Assembly (NCBI GenBank): GCA_040380025.1
Contig: JBEIJY010000013.1
Location: 1 to 58,014, forward strand
Origin: Bdellovibrionales bacterium
GTDB lineage: Bacteria > Bdellovibrionota > UBA1018 > CAIMNF01
Direction of reading: 5' to 3'
DNA: 58,014 bases
Shown in pieces: positions 18,516 to 28,262 of this stretch; position 1 is the stretch's first letter, and every line of letters begins with the position of its first letter. Under the pieces are notes generated by a model. It ran no database searches. It worked only from the letters and a program-made list of their open reading frames with translations, and was not told the origin of the DNA. The translations under genes were made by a program, and so were the position numbers.

Positions 18516-19778
18516 TTAAAACTCCCGGATTCCTTCTAGCGGAGTGAGCTTCGCCGCCCCGCGGGCCGGATAGTAAGACGCAATACACACGATCACAAAA
18601 GAAATCAGCGGAACTCCGGCGAAATAAACCGGATCGAACGATACCGGCAGAGTCCGGTCATAATAGACATCCGGAAGCGTGATGAAGGGGTAGCGGCTCA
18701 GAAGAATGCAGATCCCGATCGCACCGAGAGCGCCGAACAGCACCCCGGTCCCGCCGATCAGGATCCCCTTCCAGACGAAGATGTCGCGGATTTTCCCGGG
18801 CGCGGCCCCCATGGCCTTCAAAATCGAGATCTCGCGGATTTTTTCCTGCACCAGAAGAGTCAAAGTCGAGACGATATTCAGACTCGAGATCACCACCGTG
18901 AAGAGCAGGATCAGGAACATCGCAAGACGCTCAAGGCGCATGGACGCGAACAGATTCTGGTTCAATTCGTTCCAATCGCGCACTCTCAAATCCGGCATCG
19001 CGGAAAAGTAGCGTTTCACGAACGCGCTCGACCGCGAGGAGTCCCGGAGTGCGATCTCGACCTCGCTCACCACGCCCTTGCGACGCAGAAAGTTCTCCAT
19101 GTTCCCGATCGGGGTGAACGCCACATGGGATTCCTGGTCGGGAACACCGAGCTGGTAAATCCCCTCCACGACGAAGCGCTTGATCCTCGGGATGTTCTGG
19201 AACGGACCCTCCATGCGCGAGGGCGAGATCACCGTCACAAAGTCCCCGGGAATCAGGTTCATCTCATAGGCAAGCTCGCGCCCGATGAAGATTCCCGGAT
19301 GCCGGAAGGACTCCGGACCCTCCCGGCCCATGAGCATCTGGGGGAGCGCCTCCTCGGTCAGGGTCTTCCGGACCCGGGCGAGCTTCGCATCCTCCACGCC
19401 CTTCAGCTGGATTCCGGATACCTTGTTTCCGTGCCGGATCACCACCTCGGAGCTCAACTGCCAGCTCAGGAGATCCACCTCGGCGCTCGTCGAAACCGCC
19501 GCCAATGCCGGATCGCTCTCGATCGCGCCTTTCGGGACAAGCCCCATGTCGAATCCCGGGATTTGCGCGCGCGGCGTGATCAGCACATGCAGATCGCTCG
19601 AAACGAGCTTGGCGCGGAGCTGGGTCTCGAATCCGCTCATCACCGAGAGGACGATGATGATCGCGGCGACACCGAGACCGATTCCCCCCATCGAGAGCGC
19701 ACTGCTCAGGCTCAAAAACCGGTTGTTCCGCTTCGAGCGGATGTAGCGGCGGGCGACAAAATAAACCCAGCTTTTCAC
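18516..19778 (-). CDS. Lipoprotein-releasing ABC permease LolC/E family
   Basis: VARRYIRSKR, IVLSVMSGF, EISILKAMGA, YYPARGAAKL; GTGA overlap with fadJ stop. Confidence 0.9.
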   Translation of the reverse strand: MKSWVYFVARRYIRSKRNNRFLSLSSALSMGGIGLGVAAIIIVLSVMSGFETQLRAKLVSSDLHVLITPRAQIPGFDMGLVPKGAIESDPALAAVSTSAEVDLLSWQLSSEVVIRHGNKVSGIQLKGVEDAKLARVRKTLTEEALPQMLMGREGPESFRHPGIFIGRELAYEMNLIPGDFVTVISPSRMEGPFQNIPRIKRFVVEGIYQLGVPDQESHVAFTPIGNMENFLRRKGVVSEVEIALRDSSRSSAFVKRYFSAMPDLRVRDWNELNQNLFASMRLERLAMFLILLFTVVISSLNIVSTLTLLVQEKIREISILKAMGAAPGKIRDIFVWKGILIGGTGVLFGALGAIGICILLSRYPFITLPDVYYDRTLPVSFDPVYFAGVPLISFVIVCIASYYPARGAAKLTPLEGIREF

Positions 19779-21970
19779 GGGTAAAACGAACCCTTTTTTG
19801 CGTACCGGACGAGCGCCTCCGAAGGCGCGAAGCGCGAACCGAGGCGTCCCGAGAGCTCCTTCAGACGCTCCACGATGGCCGAAAGCCCCGTGGAATCCGC
19901 ATGACGGAGCAGTCCGCCGCGGAACGGGGGAAATCCGGTTCCCATGATCATGCCAAGATCGACATCCTCGCATGAGGCCACGATTTTCTCGTCGAGGCAG
20001 CGCGCGGCCTCATTCACCATGCTGTACACACAGCGTTCGACCATTTCCTGCGCCTCGAATTTTCGGGGCACGGGAGTGATTCCGAGAAGGCCGTACACGG
20101 CGGGATCGAGATGCTTTTCTTTTTTGTCGGATCCGGAATACACATAGAATCCCGAGCCGGTCTTCTTGCCGAGACGTTTTTCCTGCAAGAGCTTCTCGAA
20201 GGTCTTCGGAGGATTCATCCGCTCCCCGAAACCGGCATGAAGGATGTGTCCGACCTTCTCGGCCACATCGAGGCCCACCTCGTCAATGAGCTCGATCGGC
20301 CCCATCGGCATGCCGAATTCGAGCAACGCACGGTCGAGCTCCTCGATCGGAGCGCCTTCCGAAACCAAAATGGCGGCCTCTGTGAGATACGGCATCAAGA
20401 GGCGGTTCACAAGGAACCCGGGAGCGTCCTTGACGACAATCGGGGTTTTCCCGATCTGTTTTGCGAACTGGTAAATCTGCGAGACGGCCTGATCCGAGGA
20501 CTTCGTGCCACGGATCACCTCGACCAGCGGCATGCGGTGAACCGGATTGAAAAAGTGCATGCCACAGAACCGCTCCGGCCGCGCCATCGCGGTCTGCATC
20601 TCGCTCACCGAGAGCGAGGAGGTGTTGGTCGCAATCACCGTCGACTCGGGAACAAAAGTTTCGAGTTCCCGAAGGACCGACTTTTTCACATCCATTTTTT
20701 CGACCACGGCTTCGATCACGACCTCGGACCCTTGAAACCCTTCATAGGTCGTGGTGGGGGCGATGCGTGCGAGCTTTTGCTCGAACTGGCGCGGGGTGAT
20801 GGATCTCCGCTTCAGGCTCTTCTTGAAGAGAGCAAGCGCCGATTGGACGCCGATCTCGAGCCCGGGAAGGGCGATGTCTTTCATCCGCACGGTGACGCCT
20901 TTGTCCGCGAAAAGGTGCGCGATTCCACCCCCCATGACCCCGGCTCCCAGAACGGCGGCAGACGCGATTTTTCGGGTCGTGACCTCGACTCCCTCGGGGA
21001 GCCCGTTCGCTTTTTTCACGGCCTCGGTCAGAAAAAAGATTCGGATGCAGTTCTTCGACACTTCGGTTGCGGCCATACGACCGAATCCTTCGGCCTCGCG
21101 AAGCATGGCGAGGGCCCGTTTTTCTCCCCTGAAATTCCCGCCAAAGCCGGTTCCGGTTTCTTCGATGACCCGGATGGCCTCCATGGGCGCCGGATACTGC
21201 CCCTTGGTTTTGGCAAGGACGCCTTCACGCGCCTTTTTGAAAACAACGCTCCTGCCGAGCGGATTGTTCTCGAGAAGCGCTCCCGCAAGCCCGCCCATGC
21301 CTCCGAGTTTCGGCTCTTTCGCGATCCGCTCTCCGCGCTTCAGTCGATCCAGATTCTTGAGCACCCATGCAACTGCGGACTCCTCGAAACTCTCTTTTTG
21401 AAGCAGTCCATCGGCGAGACCCGCACGATAGGCCTTCTCTCCGCTCAAGGTTTTTCCCGAAAGAATCAGGTCGAGCGCCTGCGCGATTCCGACTTTCCAG
21501 GGCATCCGGACACAGCCACCCATTCCGGGAATCACGCCGAGCAGAGTCTCCGGAAGGCCGATCCGGGCCTGGGAATCATTCGACATCACGATTGCGGAGC
21601 TTGCCAGCGAGAGCTCGCATCCTCCCCCGAGACATGCGCCGTTGATCGCAACGACGCGCGGAAACGGAAGGTCCTCCCACTCGTTCAAGAGTTTCTGACC
21701 CGCTTCCGAAAGCGCCTGCGCCTCGGGTGCGGTGCTTGCCGCTTGAAACAACGTAATGTCGGCTCCGGCGATGAAGTTCCCGGGCTTTCCCGAAAACACG
21801 ACCAGTGCCTCGATCTCATTCGCTCGGCGCCGCAGGTCTTGCAGAAGCGTCTCGAACTCCGTCATGACCTCGCGGTTGAACTTGTTCACTTTCTCGCCCT
21901 TCAGATCGAAAACGAGGAATCCGAGGGAGCGCCCTGCTTCGGAACGGACGGAGAGTCGGAAATGATTCAT
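19775..21970 (-). CDS. fadJ: Fatty acid oxidation complex alpha subunit (enoyl-CoA hydratase/3-hydroxyacyl-CoA dehydrogenase)
   Basis: FIAGADI, CLGGGCEL, GAGVMGGGI, GMHFFNPV. Confidence 0.9.
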   Translation of the reverse strand: MNHFRLSVRSEAGRSLGFLVFDLKGEKVNKFNREVMTEFETLLQDLRRRANEIEALVVFSGKPGNFIAGADITLFQAASTAPEAQALSEAGQKLLNEWEDLPFPRVVAINGACLGGGCELSLASSAIVMSNDSQARIGLPETLLGVIPGMGGCVRMPWKVGIAQALDLILSGKTLSGEKAYRAGLADGLLQKESFEESAVAWVLKNLDRLKRGERIAKEPKLGGMGGLAGALLENNPLGRSVVFKKAREGVLAKTKGQYPAPMEAIRVIEETGTGFGGNFRGEKRALAMLREAEGFGRMAATEVSKNCIRIFFLTEAVKKANGLPEGVEVTTRKIASAAVLGAGVMGGGIAHLFADKGVTVRMKDIALPGLEIGVQSALALFKKSLKRRSITPRQFEQKLARIAPTTTYEGFQGSEVVIEAVVEKMDVKKSVLRELETFVPESTVIATNTSSLSVSEMQTAMARPERFCGMHFFNPVHRMPLVEVIRGTKSSDQAVSQIYQFAKQIGKTPIVVKDAPGFLVNRLLMPYLTEAAILVSEGAPIEELDRALLEFGMPMGPIELIDEVGLDVAEKVGHILHAGFGERMNPPKTFEKLLQEKRLGKKTGSGFYVYSGSDKKEKHLDPAVYGLLGITPVPRKFEAQEMVERCVYSMVNEAARCLDEKIVASCEDVDLGMIMGTGFPPFRGGLLRHADSTGLSAIVERLKELSGRLGSRFAPSEALVRYAKKGSFYP

Positions 21971-22013
21971 AATCGCAAGTTTAGGAAATCCGTCATCGGA
22001 TGAAAACAGAAAT

Positions 22014-23222
22014 TCAGCGAAAATCTTGTTCGAGCGCAGGAACAGTCGGACCCGTGACCGGTTCTTTCTTGGCGAGAAACTCAAATGCGCGGACCACCGC
22101 CCGGTAGGCACCGATGGTGCCGATGCGGGGGTCGGATTCCTCGCTCGCGACAAAAAGCCGCTCCATGGGCGACTGGAACCACGAAATCGAAACCGGGCCC
22201 TGGATGCGGCGTTCGACAGGAATCTGAAGGCAGTTCGAATACGGATAGAGGGACGGAAGAGTCGATTGCTCGGTTTTTTCGGGGTCCCGGAAATCGGGGA
22301 ACAGACTCTTCAGATTGTACTCCAGATCGGGGATGAATCGACCGAGCACCGCCACCATCCGCTCGCAGAGTCTTCGCTGATAGGCACGATCGAGCGTGAA
22401 TTCCTGAAGCGGCAGGGTCGTGCGCAGAAGAAAATCCCCCGGTGTGTCTTGCAAAATCTCCAGAATCGGCGCGGACTCCTCGACATAAAGCATCCGGCTC
22501 CCGGCTCCGCCGGGCACAGCCTCGGGGGCGCAGGTGAGCCGCATCTCGAATTGCCATCCCACCGATTCCGAAACCGGCGGACAGAACTCGGTCATGATCG
22601 CACGGAACCGTTCAAATGGTCCGCACACGAATCCGGCCCTCGTCGAGATCATGCGGGAGTGTCCGGAGAGTTGGATCCCGGCCAATGCCTTGCGATCGAC
22701 GAAAATCCGCTGGAGCTGGCCGGGCTTCGCAACATGAGCCCCCGAGTCGAGCAAAATGCGGATCATTTTCCCGGTCAAGGAGGCCACATTGCGATCGATC
22801 AAAACGAGATCCAGAACCCGAGCAATCCAAGCATCCCAGTCCGGCAGATCGGCGGGGCCCGGATCGCTCGCACCCGCAAGATGGACCAGTCCCCGAAACA
22901 ATTCCCGCGGCATGGTTCCCTGCGTAGCCTTCGATCCGAACTGGAATTCGTATTCGCGTTCGAGGTCGGAACGGGTGACGCCGATGCGGAATCGCCGTGC
23001 GGGAGTCAGAATCTGAATCGGATCGAGCGCCCGATCCGCAGGCCCCTGTCCGTCGAGTCCGAAGTCCAGCATCACTCTTTTGGGAATGCGAATCGCAGGC
23101 GGAGCGACGCCGTCCGGCACGATCAAAACCTTTTTGCCGAGCGCAAGAGCCTGCCGCGCGGCCCAGAGTCCGGCCGGGTGGTCTCCCAGAATGGCAAAAT
23201 CATAGTGCGCAAGCAGTTCCAT
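22014..23222 (-). CDS. Hypothetical protein with degenerate FAD-binding Rossmann N-terminus
   Basis: YDFAILGDHPAGLWAA...GKKVLIV; co-oriented in operon. Confidence 0.6.
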   Translation of the reverse strand: MELLAHYDFAILGDHPAGLWAARQALALGKKVLIVPDGVAPPAIRIPKRVMLDFGLDGQGPADRALDPIQILTPARRFRIGVTRSDLEREYEFQFGSKATQGTMPRELFRGLVHLAGASDPGPADLPDWDAWIARVLDLVLIDRNVASLTGKMIRILLDSGAHVAKPGQLQRIFVDRKALAGIQLSGHSRMISTRAGFVCGPFERFRAIMTEFCPPVSESVGWQFEMRLTCAPEAVPGGAGSRMLYVEESAPILEILQDTPGDFLLRTTLPLQEFTLDRAYQRRLCERMVAVLGRFIPDLEYNLKSLFPDFRDPEKTEQSTLPSLYPYSNCLQIPVERRIQGPVSISWFQSPMERLFVASEESDPRIGTIGAYRAVVRAFEFLAKKEPVTGPTVPALEQDFR

Positions 23223-23234
23223 CAGCGATTGACG

Positions 23235-24434
23235 CTACCGAATCCGCAAGGACTCTTCAAGCAACGAGAGGTACTCCCGTCTTCTCCGGGCGATTTCGGC
23301 GGAGGAAAGCGACTGGGTGCCGTTGGAGCCCATCCACGAACGGAAGTCCTCCGCGTACCCGCAAACCCGCAAAACACCCCGTTCTTGAAGCTCGAGCGCG
23401 TCCGGGAATTTCTCGACTCCGGAGGGTCCGCAGGCCACCGGAAGGCCCGCGATCGCGGGCTCGAGTGTGGAGTGAATGCTTCTTCCGAACCCTCCTCCGA
23501 CGATTGCCCGATCCGCGTGGGAATACAGCTCCACGAGGATCCCCATCTCCGAAACCAGCAAAAACCGTCCCGCAAGCGACCGCTCGAGCCGTTCCTGCAT
23601 GGTCGCGAGATTCGAGGGTTCGAGCGAGTGCGGCACCACCACGAGCGATCCGGCGGAAGTCTCGATTGCCGGAATCACCTGCTCGAGATCCGTCATCCAC
23701 GCGCTTCCGAGAATGATCCTAGGCCCCGGCAAGGCGCTCATCTGGGAAGCCCAGAACCGAATCCGGGCTTCATTCGAGGAAATGCCGTTCCCGGCTCTCT
23801 CTCGTCGTCTGCACACCTGTTCCCATCGGGGATCCGTTCCCGGAAAAATCCTCTCGCGGGGAAACTGCGCATGGAGCAGGGAACGGGCCTGTTCCGAATT
23901 GGAAAAAAACCAGAACCGGGGCAGGGGGCGCCCGAGAGCGCGAAAAAGTCGCTTCATCGAGATCAACGAGCCGCGCGCCTCGGCATTGATGACCAGAACC
24001 GGGAGATCCAAGCGCGCGGCCGCATCGAGCATCCCGGGCCAGAAATCATACTTCGACAGCACGAGCTTCCGGACTCCGAATCGCGCGAATACCTCGACCC
24101 AAAGCCCCTCCCGTGGAGAAAGCCCGGCAAACACGCACTGGCCTGCCAGGTCCCGCAGACCAGAAAGGGCCGAATCCGAAAACACACTCACGGCCACCCG
24201 TTTTTTTGCGCTTAGAAAATCCTCGATCAAGGGACGGATCATCTCGAGCTCACCCAGGCTCGAGGCGTGGAACCACACCGTATCCCGAGGAGCAGCCCCG
24301 TCCGGATCCGGAATGGGGGAATCAAAGCGGGATCGATCGAGGAAAGCTTGGATCCGGGCCTTCCGGACCCCAAGAGCCCGAAGAATCCAGCGGCACTGTT
24401 CGATCCGGTCGATGAGCCAAAGAAGGGCGTTCAT
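23235..24434 (-). CDS. waaA: 3-deoxy-D-manno-octulosonic acid transferase
   Basis: VWFHASSLGE, GILVELYSHAD...VGGGF...HSTLEPA. Confidence 0.85.
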   Translation of the reverse strand: MNALLWLIDRIEQCRWILRALGVRKARIQAFLDRSRFDSPIPDPDGAAPRDTVWFHASSLGELEMIRPLIEDFLSAKKRVAVSVFSDSALSGLRDLAGQCVFAGLSPREGLWVEVFARFGVRKLVLSKYDFWPGMLDAAARLDLPVLVINAEARGSLISMKRLFRALGRPLPRFWFFSNSEQARSLLHAQFPRERIFPGTDPRWEQVCRRRERAGNGISSNEARIRFWASQMSALPGPRIILGSAWMTDLEQVIPAIETSAGSLVVVPHSLEPSNLATMQERLERSLAGRFLLVSEMGILVELYSHADRAIVGGGFGRSIHSTLEPAIAGLPVACGPSGVEKFPDALELQERGVLRVCGYAEDFRSWMGSNGTQSLSSAEIARRRREYLSLLEESLRIR

Positions 24435-25468
24435 GGTCGGGCCCCGGGGATGAAGCGAACCGCATCTTCCGCGCTCAATCGTTTCATGCAGGCATACGGA
24501 TCAAAAAACCGGCGACACACCCTTCCGTCTTTCGAACAAGGAGAGCACCCCATTCCATACGAAATCGCGCGACTCTTCGCGCGGATCGGACCGAATCCGA
24601 GCTCCGGTTGGGTGGGGCCAAAGACCACGTGGGCCGGACATCCGACCGACTCGGCAAGATGCGACAGCCCGGTATCGCAACCCAGATAAAACGCGGAGTG
24701 TTTCAGTAACACCGCGGTCTTCAAAAAATTGGGTTCACGGAGGGCCTCCCGGAACGGGAGATTCGCCGCGGTCAGAAGCTCCTTCAGTCGTGCGCAGGCG
24801 GGATCGCGCTCCCGACCGAGAATCAGGGGCTCGAGACCGCGGTCGCGAAGAAGGTGGATGGCCTCGAAAAACCGATCGGCTCCCCACTCTTTCGTGACCC
24901 AGCGCGAGGCCGGCATCACACAAAAATAGCCGCCTTCGGTGAGTCCGTACTCCCGAAGGACCGTCGAATCCTCGAGCCCGGAGGCCTCCAGGATTGGAAG
25001 ATACGAGGGAGGAAGAAGAGCATCCCTCGAACGGGTGCCGGCGATTTTCTTCGCCATGCGACCGAAGCGGATCCAGTAGGGCGTCGGAAAAAAGGAGGAA
25101 AATGCGTGCTTCCGGAGCGCAAGAAGCGTCAAGGTCCGGATCCGTTCTTTTGAGATCCGGAGGAGCCGCCCGGAGCCTGCGAATCGAAAATAAAAAAATG
25201 CGAGTCCGGTGCGAAGCGTTCGATGAAGATCAACCCTGTGATCATACTGTTCCCGCGACAGCGCCCGGATCAGTTGCCACCATCCGCGAAGCCCCTTGGC
25301 GCGATCGAATGCAATCAGACGTCTGATTTTCGGATGTCCCTTCAGGACAAATTCGAATTCCCGCGCGATCACCCAATCCACCTGCGCCGATGCCGGGAGG
25401 TTCTCGAGAAACGCGGTCGAAAGAAGAACATCTCCCATGCTGCTCATGCGGAACACGAGAATTCTCAT
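24431..25468 (-). CDS. Glycosyltransferase family 9 (LPS heptosyltransferase-like)
   Basis: ILVFRMSSMGDVLL, TKEW, DTGLSHLA, FGPT. Confidence 0.9.
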   Translation of the reverse strand: MRILVFRMSSMGDVLLSTAFLENLPASAQVDWVIAREFEFVLKGHPKIRRLIAFDRAKGLRGWWQLIRALSREQYDHRVDLHRTLRTGLAFFYFRFAGSGRLLRISKERIRTLTLLALRKHAFSSFFPTPYWIRFGRMAKKIAGTRSRDALLPPSYLPILEASGLEDSTVLREYGLTEGGYFCVMPASRWVTKEWGADRFFEAIHLLRDRGLEPLILGRERDPACARLKELLTAANLPFREALREPNFLKTAVLLKHSAFYLGCDTGLSHLAESVGCPAHVVFGPTQPELGFGPIRAKSRAISYGMGCSPCSKDGRVCRRFFDPYACMKRLSAEDAVRFIPGARP

Positions 25469-26574
25469 CGGCTTGGCGCCTTCCGGAGAATCCGAACTCC
25501 GCCTTCCTTGCTCTGGGCATGAATGACGGGAGATGCTCGTTTTCCGACGATTCCCTCGACTCTCCCCGGAGATTTCGGTCCGTATCGATTCCGGTTGCGG
25601 ACTCCTGCAAGATCATACGGAAACTGCACGACCACCTCTCCTCGCAGACTCATCAAATCCAGAAGGCCTTCGAATTGGGGCACGAGCGAAATCTGGATGT
25701 CGCCTTTCTCGGTATCCACCCGAACCGGTCCCTTGATTCCATCGAAATCCAGCACCACCTGTCCGCTCCGGGTCTGAATGTCCGCACTTCCGTCCATCTG
25801 ATTCAAAAAGGCCCCTCCGTCCTCGCTTTGAAACGCCACCTGCCCCCGAAACCGCGTGAGATTCAATCTTCCGGTTGTGGTACGCGCATTGAGACTTCCG
25901 CTTCCCCGCTCCACGCGGATCTCTCCCGAGGATCCGTCAATCGAGAGATCCACCTCTTCGATATCCGAGAGGAGAAGAGGTTTCGAACCGACCGAAATCC
26001 GGCCCTGGATCCTGGACTCCCGGACCTCGGTGTCGCACTCCACGCATTGGACAAGAAAATTCTTCCCTCCGGTCAGCTTCGAGAACCGGAGACGATTCCC
26101 CTTCCCGCTCACCGTCACTCCGCCTCGCCATTGTTCGAGTTTCAGCTCGCGACCCTCGCCCAGCACCAGTGTCAGATCAGTCTGATAAGGTGCTTTGATC
26201 TCGAGATCGACTTCCACCGCGCTCCGGGAGCGATTCCGCATTTTTGAAACAAGATCCGCACCCTGGGAGTGGCCCACGCGGATCTCATGCCGATCCGGTC
26301 CTTCGAACGTGACCAAAGAGATTTTCTTGAACTCCTCTTCGGCCCGGAGAGGGGTCTCGGCGACCAATCGTTTTTTCAGGACTACTTTGATCCGGTCCTG
26401 GACCCAGCCCTGGACCGAGACGCTTCCGAGGTTGTGCTGAAGATACAAGGGCAATGATCGACGCAACGGCACCACCCGCTCCTCTTCGTGCTCGATCAAT
26501 GAGGACGACCAGACGGAGGGGGAGACCGCCAAGCTCAAGAAAACCAAAATCAAGGAAAGAGCCTGATCCTTCAT
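25465..26574 (-). CDS. Exported beta-strand repeat (DUF4097/adhesin-like) protein
   Basis: Signal peptide; recurring SSGEI/TTGRL/RSGQV/EKGDI/LRGEV beta-repeat motif. Confidence 0.7.
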   Translation of the reverse strand: MKDQALSLILVFLSLAVSPSVWSSSLIEHEEERVVPLRRSLPLYLQHNLGSVSVQGWVQDRIKVVLKKRLVAETPLRAEEEFKKISLVTFEGPDRHEIRVGHSQGADLVSKMRNRSRSAVEVDLEIKAPYQTDLTLVLGEGRELKLEQWRGGVTVSGKGNRLRFSKLTGGKNFLVQCVECDTEVRESRIQGRISVGSKPLLLSDIEEVDLSIDGSSGEIRVERGSGSLNARTTTGRLNLTRFRGQVAFQSEDGGAFLNQMDGSADIQTRSGQVVLDFDGIKGPVRVDTEKGDIQISLVPQFEGLLDLMSLRGEVVVQFPYDLAGVRNRNRYGPKSPGRVEGIVGKRASPVIHAQSKEGGVRILRKAPSR

Positions 26575-26632
26575 GGGTATCTTCTGGAACTTACAGTGAA
26601 ATCAGGAACTTTCCCAATGAATCCGAAATCTC

Positions 26633-26660
26633 TTGCGCTAGTAATGCAATGCGCTAGAAT
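26633..26660 (+). promoter_or_regulatory. Candidate sigma-70 promoter for the aptamer RNA
   Basis: TTGCGC-N16-TAGAAT; contains direct repeat TGCGCTAG x2. Confidence 0.4.
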
Positions 26661-26777
26661 CATAATTGTGAGCAATTCTTAACGGAGGGCAAACAAAGAC
26701 AACCGTTTTCGATGAAATTTTTGAGCCCCGAGGGATCGGGACTCATGAAGAGGCAGGAGAACCCAGTTCCCCCCTTT

Positions 26778-26872
26778 GAAAAAGGCAACCCGATGGAAAC
26801 ATCGGAGACGCAAAACCTACGGGACTAACGGTCTTTCAACCCCTGAGACCCAAGTCGGCCGGGCTGCCAAAG
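26778..26872 (+). ncRNA. Cyclic di-GMP-I (GEMM) riboswitch aptamer
   Basis: AAAGGCAACCCGATG-GAAA-CATCGGAGACGCAAAACCTACGGGACTAA...AGTCGGCCGGGCTGCCAA matches GEMM-I hallmarks (GGCAA, GNRA-capped P2, GACGCAAA, GGGxCTAA, GCCGGGYTGCC). Confidence 0.88.
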
Positions 26873-26966
26873 GTGAAGAAGCCTTCCAAAGCTTCAAAGG
26901 GGGTTCCGGAACCCATTGGTCTGCTCACCCCTGCGGACCCTCATCCGGCCCCCTCTTCAGCAACGG

Positions 26967-27010
26967 AGGCGCGAGTGGTGTGAGAGCCCACTCGCGCCTT
27001 TATTGTTTCT
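26967..27010 (+). terminator. Intrinsic terminator downstream of aptamer
   Basis: AGGCGCGAGTGG-N9-CCACTCGCGCCT (12-bp perfect stem) + TTATTGTTTCT. Confidence 0.8.
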
Positions 27011-27038
27011 GGCCTGTGGGATAGAATGGGCTTCTTTT

Positions 27039-27713
27039 ATGGCTTTTGAAGGCTTGCTCGTCACCGAAATCTTCCACTCTCTGCAAGGCGAAACATCCCT
27101 CTCAGGAGTCCCCTTTGTGTTTGTCCGGCTGACCGGATGCAATCTCCGCTGCGTGTACTGCGACTCCGCCTATAGCTTCAAGGGGGGAACCCGAATGAGC
27201 GCGGAGCGGATTCTGGAAGAGGTGAGGCAGTACCAAACCCCGCACGTTCTTCTGACCGGCGGCGAGCCGCTGTTGCAGAGGGGCTCCCTGCCCTTGATTC
27301 AAAGAATGAAACGCGAGGGATTTCGCGTTTCGATCGAAACCCACGGCGAAGTTCCGATCGAGGCCTTCGCTCCGCATGCCCGGATCATCCTTGACATCAA
27401 AACCCCGGGTTCGGGGTATCAGCGCGGGGGATACAAAAAGAATCTGGAATTTCTAAAGCCCGAAGACGAGGTCAAGTTCGTGATCACCTCGCGCGAGGAT
27501 TATGATTGGGCGAAACAACTGCTCGCTGAAAACCCGATCCGGGCACGTGAGGTGCTTTTCTCGCCCGCCGTTCGGGCGGCGGGATCTCCGGGAACTTTCC
27601 AGGGCGTGAATCCCGCCGATCTTGCGCGCTGGATCCTCGAAGACCGACTGCCGGTCCGCTTCCAGATCCAACTCCACAAGTACCTTTGGGGAGCCGACAC
27701 CAAGGGCGTCTGA
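27039..27713 (+). CDS. queE: 7-carboxy-7-deazaguanine synthase (radical SAM)
   Basis: EIFHSLQGE, FVRLTGCNLRCVYCDS, LTGGEP, QIQLHKYLW. Confidence 0.88.
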   Translation: MAFEGLLVTEIFHSLQGETSLSGVPFVFVRLTGCNLRCVYCDSAYSFKGGTRMSAERILEEVRQYQTPHVLLTGGEPLLQRGSLPLIQRMKREGFRVSIETHGEVPIEAFAPHARIILDIKTPGSGYQRGGYKKNLEFLKPEDEVKFVITSREDYDWAKQLLAENPIRAREVLFSPAVRAAGSPGTFQGVNPADLARWILEDRLPVRFQIQLHKYLWGADTKGV

Positions 27714-27734
27714 AGCGGAGCGAGCCCGTGCGAG

Positions 27735-28208
27735 TCAGAGCCCCTCGGGCATCAGGCCTTTTTTCAGGGCTTCCTCTGCTTCCTTCAACTGCCGACGATG
27801 CGATGAATTCAGCGCGTCTCGTGCCTCTTTTTGTTTGTGCTTGAACTCCGTCCACTCCACTTTCTCGTGGTAATCGAAATCATCTTTGCGTTTCACAAAA
27901 TCTTGCACATACGCACGGCGTTCCGGGCCGCTGGAATGGGATTCGAAATACTGGCGGCGAGCTTTCCGTTCTTTTTCGCGCCAGGCCTTGCGGCGCTCGT
28001 TCTGGAGGCGGACCAGCTCACGCCGGAGCTGTTTTTCTTGCTGGTCGAATTCTCTCTGATCTTTTTCGATCGTTTGCCGGATGCCTTTCAGAATCCGGTT
28101 CCGTTCCTTCTCCGGAACCGAGACCGGAACCTGGACGGGAACCGGAGCGGGAAGGTCATCGGCCATCGAGGCGGGAAGCACGAGCAAAAAGAAAATCAGA
28201 GAAACCAT
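27735..28208 (-). CDS. Secreted coiled-coil hypothetical protein
   Basis: Signal peptide, highly charged helical body. Confidence 0.7.
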   Translation of the reverse strand: MVSLIFFLLVLPASMADDLPAPVPVQVPVSVPEKERNRILKGIRQTIEKDQREFDQQEKQLRRELVRLQNERRKAWREKERKARRQYFESHSSGPERRAYVQDFVKRKDDFDYHEKVEWTEFKHKQKEARDALNSSHRRQLKEAEEALKKGLMPEGL

Positions 28209-28262
28209 GGCTGGAGCGTAGAACAGACTCCCCTTGTTTTGAAACCGGAAACAGGCCGGTGA

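Noticed and set aside
18516..19800. FMN riboswitch upstream of rib genes or TPP riboswitch for the THI5-like transporter
   Set aside because: No intergenic space and no consensus motifs; ribE abuts the lolC/E stop and the transporter operon appears leaderless
26712..26828. 38-codon ORF (MKFLSPEG...) running through the aptamer
   Set aside because: Nearest GGAGG is over 20 nt upstream and the sequence is explained by RNA structure
26770..26903. Aptamer-enclosing stem shares the 10-mer CCCCCTTTGA/TCAAAGGGGG with the repeat-family terminus
   Set aside because: Only 10 bp and flanks (CAAACTG, GTGTGC) do not match; cannot be separated from chance, though worth rechecking with a family model
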